Assembly (NCBI RefSeq): GCF_002854065.1
Contig: NZ_CP024147.1
Source: Escherichia coli
GTDB lineage: Bacteria > Pseudomonadota > Gammaproteobacteria > Enterobacterales > Enterobacteriaceae
Length of the DNA: 64,000 nucleotides
Strand: one strand, 5' to 3'
The notes beneath the pieces are model-generated. The model did no database searches and was not told the DNA's origin. It was given only the letters and a program-made list of their open reading frames with translations. A program made the position numbers and the translations under genes. This document shows, piece by piece, positions 1-11,334 of this stretch (positions within the stretch are counted from its first letter, which is position 1; each line of letters opens with the position of its first letter).

Positions 1-234
1 TCACCCTTTGACGTGGTGATATGGATGACGGATGGCTGGCCGCTGTATGAATCCCGCCTGAAGGGAAAGCTGCACGTAATCAGCAAGCGATATACGCAGC
101 GAATTGAGCGGCATAACCTGAATCTGAGGCAGCACCTGGCACGGCTGGGACGGAAGTCGCTGTCGTTCTCAAAATCGGTGGAGCTGCATGACAAAGTCAT
201 CGGGCATTATCTGAACATAAAACACTATCAATAA
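1..234 (+). CDS. insB: IS1 transposase InsB, C-terminal fragment (5' end outside window)
   Basis: ORF frame open from position 1; protein matches InsB C-terminus. Confidence 0.85.
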   Translation, partial: SPFDVVIWMTDGWPLYESRLKGKLHVISKRYTQRIERHNLNLRQHLARLGRKSLSFSKSVELHDKVIGHYLNIKHYQ

Positions 235-249
235 GTTGGAGTCATTACC
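1..249 (+). mobile_element. IS1 right-end fragment (3' part of insB plus right terminal inverted repeat); the element continues upstream of the window
   Basis: Translation ends ...[29 protein letters not shown], the recognised InsB C-terminus; DNA ends ...aacactatcaataagttggagtcattacc at 249, matching the IS1 terminus. Confidence 0.85.
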
Positions 250-1713
250 GAAAAAGGTTACTGGTTTCACGCTTATCAACCCGAAGATCTTTGTACCATC
301 CACAATCCAATGGGAGATTTGCAGGATTTTATCGCATTGGTTAAAGATGCTAAAAAATTTGGTATCGATATCATTCCTGATTATACCTTTAACTTTATGG
401 GAATCGGGGGTAGTAGTAAAAATGACCTGGATTATCCCTCTGCTGATATACGAGCGAAGATCAGTAAAGATATAGAAGGTGGTATCCCTGGCTATTGGCA
501 AGGTCAGGTTTTGATTCCATTTATTATCGATCCAGTAACAAAAGAACGTAAACAAATCCATCCAGAAGATATACATCTCACTGCAAAAGACTTCGAAGCT
601 AGTAAAGATAATATTTCTAAGGATGAATGGGAAAACCTCCATGCATTAAAAGAAAAGCGTTTAAACGGAATGCCTAAAACAACCCCAAAAAGTGACCAGG
701 TTATTATGCTGCAAAATCAATACGTTCGTGAAATGCGAAAATATGGCGTACGAGGTTTACGTTATGATGCGGCAAAACACTCAAAACATGAACAAATAGA
801 AAGATCAATAACCCCACCGCTTAAAAATTATAATGAGCGATTACACAATACTAACTTATTTAACCCAAAATATCATGAAAAAGTCGTTATGAATTACATG
901 GAATATCTGGTAACTTGCCAGTTGGATGAACAACAAATGTCATCGCTACTTTATGAAAGAGATGATTTAAGCGCCATTGATTTTTCATTGCTCATGAAGA
1001 CGATAAAAGCCTTTTCATTTGGTGGCGATCTCCAAACCCTTGCATCAAAACCGGGTTCCACAATCTCAAGCATCCCATCAGAAAGACGGATATTGATTAA
1101 CATTAACCACGATTTTCCTAACAATGGCAATCTTTTCAATGACTTTCTATTTAACCATCAACAAGATGAACAATTAGCAATGGCATATATGGCCGCTCTC
1201 CCGTTCAGCAGGCCTTTAGTTTACTGGGATGGCCAAGTATTAAAATCAACGACTGAAATTAAAAATGATGATGGGTCGACGCGTGTCGGCGGTGAGGCGT
1301 GGCTTAATAAAGGTTGCTCTACCTATCAGCAGCTCTACAATGAATTCCACGCATTATATATAGATAAAGCAGGAATATGGAGCGCATTTGAGGGTGTATT
1401 TGCAACTAAAAACGTTCTGGCCTTTAGTCGTGGGGATTCTGTGAATATTAATCACTCTCCTCATGACGGACTAGTTATAATAAATAAAGGAAACGAAGAA
1501 GTTGAAGGTACCTGGCCTAACAAATTGCAACCTGGAAAATATAAAAACATGGGGAGTAATAGCGTTAACATTATTATTAATAATACCCGAAAATTTATCC
1601 CCCCTGGTAAAGTATTTACGCTTAGAGGCGGAACTCTAAATATCAATATTCCTGGGCGTAGCGCTCTTCTTTTAGGGAAAACAGGAGAACTGCCGAACTA
1701 TCTCTATTTGTAA
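250..1713 (+). pseudogene. Alpha-amylase family (GH13-like) gene, 3' fragment interrupted by IS1
   Basis: Reading frame is open from the first base after the IS1 end (EKGYWFHAYQPEDL...); contains GH13-like regions (DYTFNFMG, GLRYDAAKH); N-terminal part of the barrel missing; AT-rich codon usage; hairpin terminator follows. Confidence 0.6.
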
Positions 1714-1726
1714 TTTAATGTTATAT

Positions 1727-1748
1727 CTGCCCCGCTAAAACGGGGCAG
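1727..1748 (+). terminator. Hairpin downstream of amylase-like gene (ctgccccg-ctaaaa-cggggcag)
   Basis: Perfect 8-bp inverted repeat directly after stop codon; no strong T-run. Confidence 0.45.
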
Positions 1749-2006
1749 ATAATATGTTTAGTTTACTGACGGTCATTTTGCAGTGAAGCCATTTACTGTT
1801 TTTTATCGACCAGATAATCTGTTCTCTGATGGTAATTCCCCCCTAACCTGTTGCTTTAGTTATTCATTTCCTGTCTCACTTTGCCTTAATACCCTACGTT
1901 AAATGTTACTAATTTGTTGTTTTTGATCACAATAAGTAAACAATATGTCGCTTTTGTGCGCATTTTTCAGAAATGTAGATATTTTTAGATTATGGCTACG
2001 AAATGA

Positions 2007-3026
<1,020 letters not shown>

Positions 3027-3045
3027 GCGCAAAGGAATTGAGCGG

Positions 3046-4314
3046 ATGTATGATTTTGTGATTATTGGCGGCGGCATCATCGGCATGTCGACCGCCATGC
3101 AACTGATTGATGTCTACCCGGACGCCCGCATTGCGTTGCTGGAAAAAGAGTCCGGCCCGGCCTGTCACCAGACGGGCCACAACAGCGGCGTGATCCATGC
3201 CGGGGTTTATTACACGCCCGGCAGTCTGAAGGCGCAGTTTTGCCTGGCGGGAAACCGCGCCACCAAAGCCTTTTGCGATCAAAACGGCATTCGCTACGAC
3301 AACTGCGGCAAGATGCTGGTCGCCACGTCTGAACTCGAAATGGAACGGATGCGCGCCTTATGGGAACGCACGGCGGCGAACGGCATCGAGCGCGAGTGGT
3401 TAAACGCCGATGAACTGCGCGAGCGCGAACCGAATATCACCGGGCTTGGCGGTATTTTTGTGCCGTCCAGCGGCATTGTCAGCTACCGCGAAGTCACGGC
3501 GGCGATGGCAAAAATCTTCCAGGCCAGAGGCGGCGAGATTATCTATAACGCCGAAGTCAGCGCCCTCAGTGAGCATAAAAACGGCGTGGTGATACGTACC
3601 CGTCAGGGCGGTGAATATGAAGCATCGACGCTGATTAGCTGCTCCGGGCTGATGGCTGACCGGCTGGTGAAAATGCTCGGCCTCGAACCGGGCTTTATTA
3701 TCTGCCCGTTCCGTGGCGAGTATTTCCGCCTGGCGCCGGAGCATAACCAGATTGTTAACCATCTGATTTACCCCATTCCCGATCCGGCAATGCCGTTTTT
3801 GGGCGTTCATCTCACCCGCATGATCGACGGTAGCGTCACCGTTGGGCCAAACGCAGTGCTGGCGTTCAAACGCGAAGGCTATCGCAAGCGCGACTTCTCA
3901 TTTAGCGACACGCTGGAGATTTTAGGCTCGTCGGGGATTCGCCGGGTGCTGCAAAACCATCTACGCTCAGGACTGGGCGAGATGAAAAACTCGCTGTGCA
4001 AAAGCGGCTATCTGCGGCTGGTGCAAAAGTATTGTCCCCGGCTTTCGTTAAGCGATCTCCAGCCCTGGCCCGCCGGTGTGCGGGCGCAGGCGGTATCGCC
4101 GGACGGCAAGCTGATTGACGATTTTCTGTTTGTCACCACCCCGCGCACGATCCACACCTGCAATGCGCCCTCCCCGGCAGCGACATCAGCAATTCCTATT
4201 GGTGCGCATATTGTCAGCAAGGTACAAACGCTGTTGGCAAGCCAGAGTAACCCCGGACGCACGCTGCGAGCGGCACGTAGTGTGGATGCCTTACACGCCG
4301 CATTTAATCAATAA
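3046..4314 (+). CDS. lhgO: L-2-hydroxyglutarate oxidase/dehydrogenase (YgaF)
   Basis: Starts MYDFVIIGGGIIGMSTAMQL (FAD-binding GxGxxG); ORF track start at 2980 is an upstream extension overlapping csiD. Confidence 0.93.
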   Translation: MYDFVIIGGGIIGMSTAMQLIDVYPDARIALLEKESGPACHQTGHNSGVIHAGVYYTPGSLKAQFCLAGNRATKAFCDQNGIRYDNCGKMLVATSELEMERMRALWERTAANGIEREWLNADELREREPNITGLGGIFVPSSGIVSYREVTAAMAKIFQARGGEIIYNAEVSALSEHKNGVVIRTRQGGEYEASTLISCSGLMADRLVKMLGLEPGFIICPFRGEYFRLAPEHNQIVNHLIYPIPDPAMPFLGVHLTRMIDGSVTVGPNAVLAFKREGYRKRDFSFSDTLEILGSSGIRRVLQNHLRSGLGEMKNSLCKSGYLRLVQKYCPRLSLSDLQPWPAGVRAQAVSPDGKLIDDFLFVTTPRTIHTCNAPSPAATSAIPIGAHIVSKVQTLLASQSNPGRTLRAARSVDALHAAFNQ

Positions 4315-4336
4315 CCTTTGAAAACAGGATGTAGCG

Positions 4337-5785
4337 ATGAAACTGAACGACAGTAACTTATTCCGCCAGCAGGCGTTGATTAACGGGGAATGGCTGGACG
4401 CCAACAATGGTGAAGTCATCGACGTCACCAATCCGACGAACGGCGACAAGCTGGGTAGCGTGCCGAAAATGGGCGCTGATGAAACCCGCGCCGCTATCGA
4501 CGCCGCCAACCGCGCCCTGCCCGCCTGGCATGCGCTCACCGCCAAAGAACGCGCCAACATTCTGCGCAACTGGTTCAATTTGATGATGGAGCATCAGGAC
4601 GATTTAGCGCGCCTGATGACCCTCGAACAGGGCAAACCACTGGCTGAAGCGAAAGGTGAAATCAGCTACGCCGCCTCCTTTATTGAGTGGTTTGCCGAAG
4701 AAGGCAAACGCATTTATGGCGACACCATTCCCGGTCATCAGGCCGATAAACGCCTGATTGTTATCAAGCAGCCGATTGGCGTCACCGCGGCTATCACGCC
4801 GTGGAACTTCCCGGCGGCGATGATTACCCGTAAAGCCGGCCCGGCGCTGGCGGCTGGCTGCACGATGGTGCTGAAGCCCGCCAGTCAGACGCCGTTCTCT
4901 GCGTTGGCGCTGGCAGAGCTGGCGATCCGCGCGGGCATTCCGGCTGGCGTGTTTAACGTGGTCACCGGTTCGGCGGGCGCGGTGGGTAATGAACTGACCA
5001 GCAACCCGCTGGTACGCAAACTGTCGTTTACCGGCTCGACCGAAATTGGCCGCCAGTTAATGGAACAGTGCGCGAAAGACATCAAAAAAGTGTCGCTGGA
5101 GCTGGGCGGCAACGCGCCGTTTATCGTCTTTGACGATGCCGATCTCGATAAAGCCGTGGAAGGCGCACTGGCCTCGAAATTCCGCAACGCCGGGCAAACC
5201 TGCGTCTGCGCCAACCGTTTATACGTGCAGGACGGCGTGTATGACCGCTTTGCCGAAAAATTGCAGCAGGCGGTGAGCAAACTGCACATCGGTGACGGGC
5301 TGGAGAAAGGCGTCACTATCGGGCCGCTGATTGATGAAAAAGCAGTAGCAAAAGTAGAAGAGCATATTGCCGATGCGCTGGAGAAAGGCGCACGCGTGGT
5401 TTGCGGTGGTAAAGCACACGAACGCGGCGGTAACTTCTTCCAGCCGACCATTCTGGTGGACGTTCCAGCCAACGCCAAAGTGTCGAAAGAAGAGACGTTC
5501 GGCCCCCTCGCCCCGCTGTTCCGTTTTAAAGATGAAGCCGATGTGATCGCGCAAGCCAATGACACCGAGTTTGGTCTTGCCGCCTATTTCTACGCCCGTG
5601 ATTTAAGCCGCGTCTTCCGCGTGGGCGAAGCGCTGGAGTACGGCATCGTCGGCATCAATACCGGGATTATTTCCAATGAAGTGGCCCCGTTCGGCGGCAT
5701 TAAAGCCTCGGGGCTGGGTCGTGAAGGTTCGAAGTATGGCATCGAAGATTACTTAGAAATCAAATATATGTGCATCGGTCTTTAA
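4337..5785 (+). CDS. gabD: Succinate-semialdehyde dehydrogenase (NADP+)
   Basis: 482-aa ORF MKLNDSNLFRQQALINGEWLDANNG..., aldehyde dehydrogenase family. Confidence 0.96.
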   Translation: MKLNDSNLFRQQALINGEWLDANNGEVIDVTNPTNGDKLGSVPKMGADETRAAIDAANRALPAWHALTAKERANILRNWFNLMMEHQDDLARLMTLEQGKPLAEAKGEISYAASFIEWFAEEGKRIYGDTIPGHQADKRLIVIKQPIGVTAAITPWNFPAAMITRKAGPALAAGCTMVLKPASQTPFSALALAELAIRAGIPAGVFNVVTGSAGAVGNELTSNPLVRKLSFTGSTEIGRQLMEQCAKDIKKVSLELGGNAPFIVFDDADLDKAVEGALASKFRNAGQTCVCANRLYVQDGVYDRFAEKLQQAVSKLHIGDGLEKGVTIGPLIDEKAVAKVEEHIADALEKGARVVCGGKAHERGGNFFQPTILVDVPANAKVSKEETFGPLAPLFRFKDEADVIAQANDTEFGLAAYFYARDLSRVFRVGEALEYGIVGINTGIISNEVAPFGGIKASGLGREGSKYGIEDYLEIKYMCIGL

Positions 5786-5798
5786 CTGGAGAATGCGA

Positions 5799-7079
5799 AT
5801 GAGCAGCAATAAAGAGTTAATGCAGCGCCGCAGTCAGGCGATTCCCCGTGGCGTTGGGCAAATTCACCCCATTTTCGCTGATCGCGCGGAAAACTGCCGG
5901 GTGTGGGACGTTGAAGGCCGTGAGTATCTTGATTTCGCGGGCGGCATTGCGGTGCTCAATACCGGGCACCTGCATCCGAAAGTGGTTGCGGCAGTGGAAG
6001 CGCAGTTGAAAAAACTGTCGCACACCTGCTTCCAGGTGCTGGCCTACGAGCCGTATCTGGAGCTGTGCGAGATTATGAATCAGAAGGTGCCAGGCGATTT
6101 CGCCAAGAAAACGCTGCTGGTTACGACCGGTTCCGAAGCGGTGGAAAACGCGGTGAAAATCGCCCGCGCCGCCACCAAACGTAGCGGCACCATCGCTTTT
6201 AGCGGCGCGTATCACGGGCGCACGCATTACACGCTGGCGCTGACCGGCAAGGTGAATCCGTACTCTGCGGGCATGGGCCTGATGCCAGGGCACGTTTATC
6301 GCGCGCTTTATCCTTGCCCACTGCACGGCATCAGTGAAGATGATGCTATCGCCAGTATCCACCGAATTTTTAAAAATGATGCGGCGCCGGAAGATATTGC
6401 CGCCATCGTGATTGAGCCGGTTCAGGGCGAAGGCGGTTTCTACGCCGCTACGCCAGCTTTTATGCAGCGTTTACGCGCGCTGTGTGACGAGCACGGGATC
6501 ATGCTGATTGCCGATGAAGTGCAGAGCGGCGCGGGGCGTACCGGCACGCTGTTTGCGATGGAGCAAATGGGCGTGGCACCAGATCTCACCACCTTTGCGA
6601 AATCGATCGCAGGCGGTTTCCCGCTGGCGGGCGTCACCGGGCGCGCCGAAGTGATGGATGCCGTCGCACCGGGCGGGCTGGGCGGCACCTATGCCGGTAA
6701 CCCGATTGCCTGCGTGGCGGCGCTGGAAGTGTTGAAGGTGTTCGAGCAGGAAAATCTGCTGCAAAAAGCTAACGTTCTGGGGCAGAAGTTGAAAGACGGA
6801 TTGTTGGCGATCGCCGAAAAACACACTGAGATCGGCGACGTACGCGGCCTGGGGGCGATGATCGCCATCGAGCTGTTTGAAGATGGCGATCACAACAAGC
6901 CGGACGCCAAACTCACCGCCGAGATCGTGGCGCGCGCCCGCGATAAAGGTCTGATTCTTCTCTCGTGCGGCCCGTATTACAACGTGCTGCGCATCCTTGT
7001 ACCGCTCACCATTGAAGATGCTCAGATTCGTCAGGGTCTGGAGATCATCAGCCAGTGTTTTGCTGAGGCGAAGCAGTAG
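5799..7079 (+). CDS. gabT: 4-aminobutyrate aminotransferase
   Basis: Recognised GabT sequence from M(S)SNKELMQRRSQAIPRGVGQ; start chosen at second ATG with better spacing to GGAG. Confidence 0.95.
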   Translation: MSSNKELMQRRSQAIPRGVGQIHPIFADRAENCRVWDVEGREYLDFAGGIAVLNTGHLHPKVVAAVEAQLKKLSHTCFQVLAYEPYLELCEIMNQKVPGDFAKKTLLVTTGSEAVENAVKIARAATKRSGTIAFSGAYHGRTHYTLALTGKVNPYSAGMGLMPGHVYRALYPCPLHGISEDDAIASIHRIFKNDAAPEDIAAIVIEPVQGEGGFYAATPAFMQRLRALCDEHGIMLIADEVQSGAGRTGTLFAMEQMGVAPDLTTFAKSIAGGFPLAGVTGRAEVMDAVAPGGLGGTYAGNPIACVAALEVLKVFEQENLLQKANVLGQKLKDGLLAIAEKHTEIGDVRGLGAMIAIELFEDGDHNKPDAKLTAEIVARARDKGLILLSCGPYYNVLRILVPLTIEDAQIRQGLEIISQCFAEAKQ

Positions 7080-7091
7080 CACCGCCCCCAT

Positions 7092-7350
7092 GCCGGAGGC
7101 GACGCTGCGCGTCTTGTCCGGCCTACGAGAGTGTAGGTCGGATAAGGCGTTTACGCCGCATCCGACAATCGGCGCACCCTGCCGGAGGCGATGCTTACGC
7201 GTCTTGTCCGGCCTACGGAAATGTAGATCGGATAAGGCGTTTACGCCGCATCCGACATTCGGCGCATCCATGCCGGAGGCGACGCTGCGCGTCTTGTCCG
7301 GCCTACGAGAGTGTAGGTCGGATAAGGCGTTTACGCCGCATCCTACAATC
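7092..7350. repeat. Three tandem ~90-bp REP/BIME units in gabT-gabP spacer
   Basis: Unit gccggaggcgacgctgcgcgtcttgtccggcctacg...cggataaggcgtttacgccgcatccg repeated three times with few substitutions; classical REP palindromes. Confidence 0.9.
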
Positions 7351-7496
7351 TGTACGTGAACAGGAAGAAATCTATGTTGGCCGGGTAAGGCGGAGCCGCT
7401 CTCCGGCAAAAAGAATCAATAACAATTATACGCGTGACCCGACGCGGGAAATGTCGGGGCGCTCTCCCAAGTGACACACTTTCGAGAGGATTCAGG

Positions 7497-8897
7497 ATGG
7501 GGCAATCATCGCAACCACATGAGTTAGGCGGCGGGCTGAAGTCACGCCATGTCACCATGTTGTCTATTGCCGGTGTTATCGGCGCAAGTCTGTTTGTCGG
7601 TTCCAGCGTCGCCATCGCCGAAGCGGGCCCGGCGGTATTACTGGCCTATCTGTTCGCCGGGCTACTGGTGGTTATGATTATGCGGATGTTGGCGGAAATG
7701 GCGGTTGCCACGCCCGATACCGGTTCGTTTTCCACCTATGCCGATAAAGCTATTGGTCGTTGGGCGGGTTATACCATCGGCTGGTTGTACTGGTGGTTTT
7801 GGGTACTGGTTATCCCGCTGGAAGCCAACATCGCCGCCATGATCCTGCACTCGTGGGTTCCAGGCATTCCCATCTGGTTATTTTCCCTCGTCATTACCCT
7901 CGCCTTAACTGGCAGTAATTTATTAAGCGTTAAAAACTACGGCGAATTTGAGTTCTGGCTGGCGCTGTGCAAAGTCATCGCTATCCTGGCCTTTATTTTC
8001 CTTGGTGCAGTCGCAATTAGCGGTTTTTACCCGTATGCCGACGTGAGCGGTATTTCAAGATTGTGGGATAGCGGCGGCTTTATGCCCAACGGCTTCGGCG
8101 CGGTATTAAGCGCGATGTTGATCACCATGTTCTCGTTTATGGGCGCAGAAATTGTCACCATTGCCGCCGCGGAATCCGACACGCCGGAAAAACATATTGT
8201 CCGCGCCACCAACTCGGTTATCTGGCGTATTTCTATCTTCTATTTATGCTCTATTTTTGTCGTCGTGGCGTTAATACCGTGGAATATGCCGGGGCTGAAA
8301 GCCGTTGGTTCTTATCGCTCGGTTCTGGAATTGCTCAATATTCCCCATGCGAAATTAATCATGGACTGCGTGATATTACTTTCCGTAACCAGTTGCCTGA
8401 ACTCGGCGCTGTATACCGCTTCCAGGATGCTCTACTCCTTAAGCCGTCGCGGTGATGCGCCCGCGGTAATGGGTAAAATCAACCGCAGTAAAACCCCGTA
8501 CGTGGCGGTGTTACTCTCCACCGGCGCGGCATTTTTAACGGTGGTGGTGAACTATTACGCACCTGCGAAAGTGTTTAAATTCCTGATAGACAGCTCCGGC
8601 GCTATCGCCCTGCTGGTTTATCTGGTAATTGCCGTTTCACAGTTGCGGATGCGTAAAATCTTGCTCGCGGAAGGAAGCGAAATCCGCCTGCGGATGTGGC
8701 TTTATCCCTGGCTCACCTGGCTGGTGATTGGCTTTATTACCTTTGTGTTGGTGGTCATGCTATTCCGCCCGGCGCAACAGTTAGAAGTGATTTCCACCGG
8801 CTTATTAGCAATAGGGATAATCTGTACCGTGCCGATTATGGCGCGCTGGAAAAAACTGGTATTGTGGCAAAAAACACCCGTTCATAATACGCGCTGA
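7497..8897 (+). CDS. gabP: GABA permease (APC family)
   Basis: Recognised sequence MGQSSQPHELGGGLKSRHVTMLSIAG...; ORF track start 7434 is an upstream extension into the REP region. Confidence 0.95.
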   Translation: MGQSSQPHELGGGLKSRHVTMLSIAGVIGASLFVGSSVAIAEAGPAVLLAYLFAGLLVVMIMRMLAEMAVATPDTGSFSTYADKAIGRWAGYTIGWLYWWFWVLVIPLEANIAAMILHSWVPGIPIWLFSLVITLALTGSNLLSVKNYGEFEFWLALCKVIAILAFIFLGAVAISGFYPYADVSGISRLWDSGGFMPNGFGAVLSAMLITMFSFMGAEIVTIAAAESDTPEKHIVRATNSVIWRISIFYLCSIFVVVALIPWNMPGLKAVGSYRSVLELLNIPHAKLIMDCVILLSVTSCLNSALYTASRMLYSLSRRGDAPAVMGKINRSKTPYVAVLLSTGAAFLTVVVNYYAPAKVFKFLIDSSGAIALLVYLVIAVSQLRMRKILLAEGSEIRLRMWLYPWLTWLVIGFITFVLVVMLFRPAQQLEVISTGLLAIGIICTVPIMARWKKLVLWQKTPVHNTR

Positions 8898-8917
8898 TAA
8901 TGATCAGGAGTCACACC

Positions 8918-9580
8918 ATGACCATTACGTCTCTGGATGGCTATCGCTGGCTGAAGAACGATATTATTCGCGGTAATTTTCAACCGGATGAAAAATTACG
9001 AATGAGTTTGCTGACATCGCGTTATGCACTTGGCGTTGGGCCGTTACGGGAAGCTCTTTCGCAACTGGTGGCGGAACGGCTGGTCACGGTGGTGAATCAA
9101 AAAGGGTATCGGGTGGCGTCTATGTCAGAGCAGGAGCTGCTCGATATTTTCGATGCCCGCGCCAATATGGAAGCGATGTTAGTGAGTCTGGCGATTGCCC
9201 GCGGTGGCGATGAGTGGGAGGCAGACGTTCTCGCAAAAGCGCATCTGTTGAGTAAGCTTGAGGCCCGTGACGCCAGCGAGAAAATGCTTGATGAGTGGGA
9301 TCTGCGTCATCAGGCGTTTCATACGGCAATTGTGGCGGGCTGTGGTTCTCACTATTTGCTGCAAATGCGTGAACGGTTGTTTGATCTGGCGGCGCGCTAT
9401 CGATTTATCTGGCTGCGACAAACAGTGCTTTCGGTGGAAATGCTGGAGGATAAACACGATCAGCACCAGACCCTGACTGCGGCGGTACTGGCGCGAGATA
9501 CCGCGCGCGCCAGTGAGTTAATGCGCCAGCATTTACTGACGCCAATTCCCATTATCCAGCAGGCGATGGCTGGCAATTAA
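8918..9580 (+). CDS. csiR: GntR-family repressor CsiR
   Basis: Sequence MTITSLDGYRWLKNDIIRGNF...; GGAG RBS 7 nt upstream of this ATG. Confidence 0.93.
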   Translation: MTITSLDGYRWLKNDIIRGNFQPDEKLRMSLLTSRYALGVGPLREALSQLVAERLVTVVNQKGYRVASMSEQELLDIFDARANMEAMLVSLAIARGGDEWEADVLAKAHLLSKLEARDASEKMLDEWDLRHQAFHTAIVAGCGSHYLLQMRERLFDLAARYRFIWLRQTVLSVEMLEDKHDQHQTLTAAVLARDTARASELMRQHLLTPIPIIQQAMAGN

Positions 9581-10030
9581 CTACTCTTCAGGAATACGCA
9601 ACACTTGCCCCGGGTAAATTTTATCCGGGCTTTTTAGCATCGGTTTATTCGCTTCGAAGATTTTATTGTACAGATTGGCGTTACCGTAGACCTGTTTGGA
9701 AATGGCACTCAGAGTGTCGCCAGACTTAACGGTATAAAACTGGCTGGCAGTGGCTGGTGTCGCCGTTTTCACCTGATCATCAACACTGGCAATGCCGGAA
9801 ATATTCCCCACCGCAACAAGGATTTTCTCTTTCGCCTCCTGACTCAGGCCGTCACCAGTGACCGTCGCTTTGCCATCGGCAATTTGAATGTTCACTTTAT
9901 CGGCATCCGGTATACCGGTTTTGTTCAGATGCTCCTGCACCTTCTTCGCCTGATCGTCTTTATCGTGCTGACCTGTAACCGCGTCCCAGAGTTTTTCTCC
10001 GGCATCTTTCACAAAATTGAACAGACCCAT
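9581..10030 (-). CDS. kbp: K+-binding protein Kbp/YgaU (BON + LysM domains)
   Basis: Sequence [21 protein letters not shown]...; stop codon directly abuts csiR stop. Confidence 0.93.
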
Positions 10031-10113
10031 AGCTACCTCATTCGTTAACGGAAACACTCAGAAAGTGTAGCAGAGGAACGCGGCGCGTTAACGCCGCGGG
10101 GATGAGCACAGGT

Positions 10114-10272
10114 TTAATCGCGGGTTTGCACCCAGAACGCGTGAATCAAACCGGGGATATACCCAAGCAGTGTCAGCAGAATATTAATAATGAACGCCCA
10201 ACCGAACCCTTTACCGAGCAGCACGCTGAGCGGCGGCAGAATGATGGTGATGACGATTCTCCAGAAACCCAT
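10114..10272 (-). CDS. yqaE: Small membrane protein YqaE (PMP3/UPF0057 family)
   Basis: Reverse strand encodes 52-aa MGFWRIVITIILPPL...; not in the ORF track because it is under 60 aa. Confidence 0.88.
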   Translation of the reverse strand: MGFWRIVITIILPPLSVLLGKGFGWAFIINILLTLLGYIPGLIHAFWVQTRD

Positions 10273-10454
10273 ATGTACTCCCTATAAGAAAATTACTCAT
10301 TGTTTAAAAAGAGATTTTATCTCTTAAGCGTAGTAATTTTAGCGGAGCCTGCCAGTTTCAGCTTACGCTTTTACTCTCATTTACGCTGCTGAGGCTGGTA
10401 TATGTTGCATTTTTAGTTTAGAGTTTACTTAATTTAGAAAATACTTAAATAAAT

Positions 10455-10754
10455 ATGACTGAACTCGCGCAATTACAGGCCAGTGCCGAACAGGCAGCGG
10501 CCTTATTGAAAGCAATGAGCCACCCTAAACGGTTGCTGATTCTGTGCATGCTTAGCGGTTCCCCCGGCACCAGCGCGGGAGAGCTGACGCGCATTACCGG
10601 ACTGAGCGCCTCTGCGACATCACAGCATCTCGCTCGTATGCGGGACGAAGGACTTATCAACAGCCAACGGGATGCCCAACGCATTCTATATTCCATTAAA
10701 AATGAGGCGGTAAATGCCATTATCGCCACCCTGAAAAATGTCTATTGTCCGTAA
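10455..10754 (+). CDS. ygaV: ArsR-family transcriptional regulator YgaV
   Basis: 99-aa ORF MTELAQLQASAEQAAALLKAMSHPKRLLILCML... Confidence 0.93.
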   Translation: MTELAQLQASAEQAAALLKAMSHPKRLLILCMLSGSPGTSAGELTRITGLSASATSQHLARMRDEGLINSQRDAQRILYSIKNEAVNAIIATLKNVYCP

Positions 10755-10763
10755 GGAGTCACT

Positions 10764-11282
10764 ATGGCTTTGACAACCATTTCGCCGCATGATGCACAAG
10801 AATTAATCGCACGCGGCGCAAAGTTAATCGATATTCGTGACGCTGATGAATATCTTCGTGAACATATTCCTGAAGCAGATCTGGCTCCATTATCCGTGCT
10901 GGAACAGTCAGGTCTCCCGGCTAAATTACATCGCGAGCAAATTATATTCCACTGCCAGGCAGGTAAACGCACCAGTAATAACGCCGATAAATTAGCAGCG
11001 ATTGCCGCCCCCGCAGAAATCTTTTTACTCGAAGATGGGATTGATGGCTGGAAAAAAGCAGGATTGCCAGTAGCGGTAAATAAATCTCAACCCTTGCCGT
11101 TAATGCGCCAGGTGCAGATCGCTGCGGGTGGTTTAATATTAATCGGCGTTATACTGGGTTATACCGTAAATAGCGGTTTCTTCTTATTAAGCGGCTTTGT
11201 TGGTGCCGGGTTACTGTTTGCAGGAATTAGCGGTTTTTGTGGGATGGCAAGGTTGTTAGATAAGATGCCGTGGAACCAATGA
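10764..11282 (+). CDS. ygaP: Membrane-anchored rhodanese (thiosulfate sulfurtransferase) YgaP
   Basis: Rhodanese domain with active-site Cys (HCQAGKRTS) and C-terminal hydrophobic segments. Confidence 0.93.
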   Translation: MALTTISPHDAQELIARGAKLIDIRDADEYLREHIPEADLAPLSVLEQSGLPAKLHREQIIFHCQAGKRTSNNADKLAAIAAPAEIFLLEDGIDGWKKAGLPVAVNKSQPLPLMRQVQIAAGGLILIGVILGYTVNSGFFLLSGFVGAGLLFAGISGFCGMARLLDKMPWNQ

Positions 11283-11334
11283 GCTTGAGAAGCGACGCCG
11301 GACGCGCCATAGCAGTGACATCCGGCCTCAGTAA

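Noticed and set aside
4885-5565. 226-aa minus-strand ORF
   Set aside because: Antisense to gabD; low-complexity Ser/Ala-rich translation.
5793-5798. Upstream-extended start codons proposed by the ORF track (gabT 5793, lhgO 2980, gabP 7434, csiR 8900, proX 22292, emrA 26630, recA 41150, mltB 43047, norR 49731, hypF 54864, ascB 58346 and others)
   Set aside because: Known protein N-termini and RBS spacing support the internal ATG in each case; the extensions run into intergenic or REP sequence.
7092-7350. Possible CRISPR array
   Set aside because: Repeat units are ~90 bp, contiguous without unique spacers, and consist of REP palindromes; no cas genes nearby.
6471-7409. 312-aa minus-strand ORF (and 6997-7359 plus-strand ORF)
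   Set aside because: Span the gabT 3' end and the tandem REP/BIME units; the translated repeats are palindrome artefacts.
10102-10287. 61-aa plus-strand ORF
   Set aside because: Opposite strand of the recognised 52-aa yqaE gene.
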